Of a stretch of DNA of 51,010 nt, positions 46,967 through 51,010 are shown piece by piece. The position numbers and the translations under genes were made by a program. Within the stretch, counting starts at the first letter, position 1. Each line of letters begins with the position of its first letter. The notes under the pieces are model-generated. The model was not told the origin of the DNA, searched no databases, and saw only the letters and a list, made by a program, of their open reading frames with translations. Source of the DNA: an uncultured Candidatus Saccharibacteria bacterium. Lineage in GTDB: Bacteria > Patescibacteriota > Minisyncoccia > Phycocordibacterales > Zambryskibacteraceae. Where the stretch lies: assembly GCA_964603485.1 (NCBI GenBank), contig CAZRVE010000003.1, positions 1-51,010 on the forward strand. The letters run 5' to 3'.

Positions 46967-47818
46967 ATGAAGCCTCTTTCTTTACGCCGACGTCGAATGT
47001 ATCTCTTCGTTTTTGGACTTGTGTTTTTTGTATCTATTCCGCTTCTTATCCTTTATGCGACTGGGTATCGTCTTGGAGATGCTCTTAACCTTATTCGTAC
47101 AGGAGGACTCCATATATCTGTTCCGTATTCCGGAGCGCAGGTTTCGATTGGAGATACCATTACGAAAGAGACAAGTGTGTTTCAGAAAAATATTTTTGTT
47201 CAAAACCTTCGCCCGGGTAGTTATGAGGTGAAGGTAGAAAAGGAGGGCTTGCAGTCCTGGACGAAGAGACTTGTCGTTTTTCCTCAGAGAGTTACTGAAG
47301 GGTATGCGTTTCTTTTGCCGCAAGCTATTGAGCCGGTATCAATTCCTGAGTTTCTTGTTGAAGGGACATCAACTTCAACCTCTAAAAAGCTAGAGAAGAA
47401 AAACCCTGAATATGCGACCGCTCTTTCTTTATTCGCAACGACCACAAAAGTGGCCACATCTTCTGAGTTTGTGAAAACGAGGAGGAAGCTTTCGGTTGTG
47501 AATGTTGAAGGGGTGCTTCATGCTACTTGGAAAGGGGATATTGATTCAGTCCCGCACTATTTCTGTCAAAATGAGTCCTGCAACGAAGAAATTATCCTTG
47601 AAACAAAAACAAAGGTGAAGACGTTTGATTTTTTCCCAGGAAGGGATGATTTACTTGTGGTCGCTCTGTCTCAGGGTGTCTACGCAATAGAGATTGATAA
47701 TCGTTCAACCCAGAATATTCAGACTATTCACGAAGCCTCTGGGTCAGATTTTCGTATAAGAAATGATGAGATAATCATCCTTGAGAAAGATAAGAAGCTC
47801 TTCAAAATCTCTTTATAG
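46967..47818 (+). CDS. PEGA-domain membrane-anchored protein
   Basis: TM, then YATGYR..TGGLHIS.P.GAQV, NLRPGSYEVKVEKEG..SWTK. Confidence 0.75.
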   Translation: MKPLSLRRRRMYLFVFGLVFFVSIPLLILYATGYRLGDALNLIRTGGLHISVPYSGAQVSIGDTITKETSVFQKNIFVQNLRPGSYEVKVEKEGLQSWTKRLVVFPQRVTEGYAFLLPQAIEPVSIPEFLVEGTSTSTSKKLEKKNPEYATALSLFATTTKVATSSEFVKTRRKLSVVNVEGVLHATWKGDIDSVPHYFCQNESCNEEIILETKTKVKTFDFFPGRDDLLVVALSQGVYAIEIDNRSTQNIQTIHEASGSDFRIRNDEIIILEKDKKLFKISL

Positions 47819-47870
47819 ACAGGGTAATTTTTAAAAAGTTCGTCTGCTATAATAGGGGACATAATCTTTT

Positions 47871-49049
47871 ATGTCTCTATCAGAAAGAAGCCTTAATGTG
47901 CCGGGTGTAAACACTTTTCCTAAAGATTTTTTTTGGGGGAGCGCCACCGCTTCCTATCAAGTTGAGGGGGGTATAGACAATAATGACTGGGCCCACGAAT
48001 CTTCAAAGGGTAATGTGCCTGTGTGTGGAGAGGCTACGGATCACTACTCTCGTTTTGAGAATGACTTTGATCTTGCTCAATCTTTAAAGCACAATGCGCA
48101 TCGTTTTTCGATTGAATGGTCTCGGATTGAGCCTGAGGAGGGTAGATTTGACGAAAGGGAGATTGAGCACTATAGGGAGGTTATACGGGCTTTAAAGAGA
48201 CGAGGTATAGAGCCTTTTGTCACTCTGTGGCATTTCACGTTGCCGATTTGGTTTGTGGAGAAAGGAGGATTTCTGAACCCTCAAGCTCCAGAAATATTTG
48301 CTCGATACTGCGCCTTCGTGGTTAAGAATCTTGGTGGAGAGGTAAGGTTTTGGATGACAATAAATGAACCTCTGGTCTGGGCATCAGGATCTTATTTGAA
48401 AGGGAAATGGCCTCCTTTCAAGAAAAGTATTTTTATTTTTCTTAAGATCATTCGCGCACTCATTGTTTCTCACAAGCGAGCCTATAAAGAAATAAAACTT
48501 ACGGAACCTCAAGCGCAGGTCGGGGTTGCGAAACATAATATATATTTTGATTCCAACTGGAATCCTTGGAATCAAGTTTGCAGAAGTCTTTCTTCTTGGT
48601 TCTGGAATCGGTTGTTTCTCAATAGAACAAAAAAATATCAGGACTTTATTGGTCTTAATTACTATTTTTATAAGAAGTTTGGTGGAAATCCGAATTTAGC
48701 AAAAAGTGATATGGGGTGGGATATATTTCCTCAAGGTCTCCACGCCTGTCTTGTGGAGCTTGGCAGGTACGGTAAGCCTTTATACGTTACAGAAAACGGA
48801 GTTGCAGATAGGCAAGATTTAGTTCGAGCTGATTTTATTAGGAATTCACTTGCAAGCGTATTGCAAGCTATTAATGATGGCGCTCCGGTCAAGGGCTATT
48901 TCTACTGGTCACTTCTTGATAATTACGAATGGTCGTATGGATTTAAGGAGCGTTTTGGATTGATTGAAGTTGATTACGATACCTTAGAAAGAAAAATTCG
49001 GAACTCCGCTTTTGTGTATAAGGATATAATTGAAAAAAATAGCTTATAA
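47871..49049 (+). CDS. Glycoside hydrolase family 1 (beta-glucosidase-like)
   Basis: FFWGSATASYQVEG, RFSIEWSRI, TINEP (acid/base), VTENG (nucleophile), WSLLDNYEW. Confidence 0.95.
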   Translation: MSLSERSLNVPGVNTFPKDFFWGSATASYQVEGGIDNNDWAHESSKGNVPVCGEATDHYSRFENDFDLAQSLKHNAHRFSIEWSRIEPEEGRFDEREIEHYREVIRALKRRGIEPFVTLWHFTLPIWFVEKGGFLNPQAPEIFARYCAFVVKNLGGEVRFWMTINEPLVWASGSYLKGKWPPFKKSIFIFLKIIRALIVSHKRAYKEIKLTEPQAQVGVAKHNIYFDSNWNPWNQVCRSLSSWFWNRLFLNRTKKYQDFIGLNYYFYKKFGGNPNLAKSDMGWDIFPQGLHACLVELGRYGKPLYVTENGVADRQDLVRADFIRNSLASVLQAINDGAPVKGYFYWSLLDNYEWSYGFKERFGLIEVDYDTLERKIRNSAFVYKDIIEKNSL

Positions 49050-49059
49050 TTAATTTTAC

Positions 49060-49956
49060 ATGACTGCCATTACGCTTTCTTTGGCTCTCGCTATATTTGC
49101 TCAGGTCTTGAATGCCTGCATCGTTCTTATTGATAAATATATTGTCACTTCGACTCACATTTCTCGTCCAAGCGCGTACGCTTTTTATGTGAGTATTATC
49201 TCTGGGATTGTACTCATTTTGGTGCCTTTTGGGGTTATTCATATCCCAAGTCTCTACGTTGCAGGGATCTCGATCCTTATTGGAGTTACCTTTATTGCCT
49301 CAATCCTACTTCTTTATAATGCCTTGAAGATTGCCAGCGCAACCGACGTCGTCCCATGGCTTGCTGCGGTTTCTACCATAATCACCTTTGTCTCCGGGTT
49401 TCTTTTCCTGGAGGAGGATCTTCCTAGGATGTTCCCTTATGCACTTGTCCTTTTTGTCATTGGGATGTTGCTTGTGGGACATTTCCGATTTAATGCAAAA
49501 TCTTTTTCCTTCGTGGTGCTTTCAGGGATATTTTTCGGGATATCTGCAGTACTTCTTAAGATGCTCTTTAGCCATACAGATTTTGTAAATGGATTTTTCT
49601 GGTCACGGATGGGTAATGTATTAGGGGGTTGCCTTCTCCTCCTTTCTCCAAGTTGTCGGGAGGCGGTGTTTCACACGTCAAAAGATTCTTCGCACAAAAC
49701 GACTTTCCTGATTGTATTAAATAGAGCCCTTGGGGGAATTGCTTTTCTTTGTACTCTCTATGCAATTCGGGTAGGAAGCGTGTCTATTGTAAATTCTCTA
49801 AGTTCCTTGCAGTTCGTTTTTATATTCCTCTTCATATTCCTGTTGAAAAATAAAATGCCTAAGCTCTTTGCTCACGAATTTCGTCCTGGTCATGTACTGC
49901 ATAAACTTTTAGCGATGCTTTTTATTGTTCTTGGTTTCTTTGTCCTTTTCCTATGA
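49060..49956 (+). CDS. EamA/DMT family transporter
   Basis: About 10 TM helices in two repeats; IDKYIV, FLFLEE, GSVSIVNSL. Confidence 0.8.
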   Translation: MTAITLSLALAIFAQVLNACIVLIDKYIVTSTHISRPSAYAFYVSIISGIVLILVPFGVIHIPSLYVAGISILIGVTFIASILLLYNALKIASATDVVPWLAAVSTIITFVSGFLFLEEDLPRMFPYALVLFVIGMLLVGHFRFNAKSFSFVVLSGIFFGISAVLLKMLFSHTDFVNGFFWSRMGNVLGGCLLLLSPSCREAVFHTSKDSSHKTTFLIVLNRALGGIAFLCTLYAIRVGSVSIVNSLSSLQFVFIFLFIFLLKNKMPKLFAHEFRPGHVLHKLLAMLFIVLGFFVLFL

Positions 49957-50954
49957 GTAAGACAAAAAAAGTTCTTAAGATTCTTCTGGGGGTGTTTTTA
50001 TTTGTGATACTCTTTCTCGCGGTTTTATCATTTCGCCACATCCCAGAAAACATTTCTTACGGAATATCATTTAGTAAATATCGCTCTGATGAGTTGGGCC
50101 TCCCTTATAGAGAAGTGCTCACGGCACTTCTTGATGACTTAAAAGTCAGGAAGTTTCGACTTGTTGCCCATTGGCCTATGGTGGAGCCTGAAAATAACGC
50201 GTACGACTTTTCTCATCTTGATTATCAAATAGAAGAAGTTGAAAAACGTGATGGCAAGATTGTGCTCGCGGTTGGAAGGCGTCTTCCAAGTTGGCCTGAG
50301 TGTCACGAACCACAGTGGGCCAAGGATCTTTCTTGGGATGAAAGAAAAAAGGAGATTCTTTCTTATATTGAGAAGACCGTCCTTCGTTATAAAGACTACA
50401 AAAGTATTCAATATTGGCAGGTTGAAAATGAGCCCTTTCTTACTGTGTTTGCGTATGACCACTGCGGTGATTTGGATCGGGAATTCCTGAAAGAAGAAGT
50501 TGCATTTGTGCGGGCGCTTGACCCTAGTAGAGAGATTCTTGTAACTGATAGTGGCAATCTAGGATTATGGAAAGATGCATGGAGGTCGGGTGATATTTTT
50601 GGTACCAGTGTATACATGTATTTATGGAATCCGGCGATCGGTCAGGTAAGGAGTGTGTATTTTCCTTCTTTCTATCGTGTGAAGACCGGCTTGATGGAAC
50701 TTTTCTTTGGAGATAAAAAAAGTTTTCTTATAGAGCTTTCTCTTGAGCCGTGGCTTTTGGAGCCAATTGTAAAAGCTCCGATTGACACTCAGTTAGAGCG
50801 TATGAGTGTTGGTAAGTTTGATGAGATAATTTCGTTTGCAAAAAAGACCGGTTTTGATACTCAGTATTTATGGGGAGGGGAATGGTGGTACTTTATGAAG
50901 AGTAAGGATCATCCAGAATTTTGGGATAGAGCCCAAACCCTTTTCGGAGAGTAA
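49953..50954 (+). CDS. Membrane-anchored clan GH-A glycoside hydrolase (GH5/GH42-like TIM barrel)
   Basis: N-terminal TM; W..VEP....YDFS.LD, WQVENEP acid/base motif, IELSLEPW putative nucleophile, YLWG.EWW. Confidence 0.75.
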   Translation: MSKTKKVLKILLGVFLFVILFLAVLSFRHIPENISYGISFSKYRSDELGLPYREVLTALLDDLKVRKFRLVAHWPMVEPENNAYDFSHLDYQIEEVEKRDGKIVLAVGRRLPSWPECHEPQWAKDLSWDERKKEILSYIEKTVLRYKDYKSIQYWQVENEPFLTVFAYDHCGDLDREFLKEEVAFVRALDPSREILVTDSGNLGLWKDAWRSGDIFGTSVYMYLWNPAIGQVRSVYFPSFYRVKTGLMELFFGDKKSFLIELSLEPWLLEPIVKAPIDTQLERMSVGKFDEIISFAKKTGFDTQYLWGGEWWYFMKSKDHPEFWDRAQTLFGE

Positions 50955-51010
50955 TCTTTTGGGGATTGATTTTGAGGGATACCATCTCTTCTATATAATG
51001 GGCAAATGGA

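Overview
A 51 kb bacterial chromosomal segment, most likely from a Patescibacteria/CPR (Parcubacteria-like) genome. This taxonomy is inferred from gene content and order (split transketolase, short EF-Ts, a lone peptide-binding protein beside secG and RNase J, a Gmad2 protein, few Shine-Dalgarno sites). Genetic code 11. Bases 1-9642 encode three tandem, repeat-rich surface proteins (Cys-paired Ig-like repeats, SH3b-like modules, different C-terminal putative glycan-active domains). The rest is mostly housekeeping: MFS, rnj, secG, groES-groEL, lemA-NUDIX-htpX, msrB, an RRM protein, a delta-9-type desaturase, nrdA-nrdB, a gap-rpiB-rpe-tkt-pfkB-fba cluster, rplY, rpmE-prfA, rpsB-tsf and a GT2-PEGA-GH1-EamA-GH cluster. 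The most unusual signals are non-coding. (1) An intact tRNA-Ser(GGA) sits inside a 13-bp inverted repeat within the anticodon arm of a second tRNA-Ser-like gene, which is also interrupted in its D-loop and T-stem by 20-bp palindromes. (2) Three 56-58 bp repeats, each starting like a tRNA 5' end, lie in register upstream of tRNA-Thr(TGT). (3) A roughly 270 nt structured transcription unit has a strong SD leading to an ATG-TAG start-stop. Also notable: a class Ic-type (tyrosyl-radical-less) NrdB with an NrdA lacking its C-terminal cysteine pair, a gene flanked by 28-bp direct repeats, three small ORFs missed by the ORF track, an in-frame TGA in pfkB, and many apparently leaderless promoters. All calls come from reading the sequence by eye; no database searches were run.
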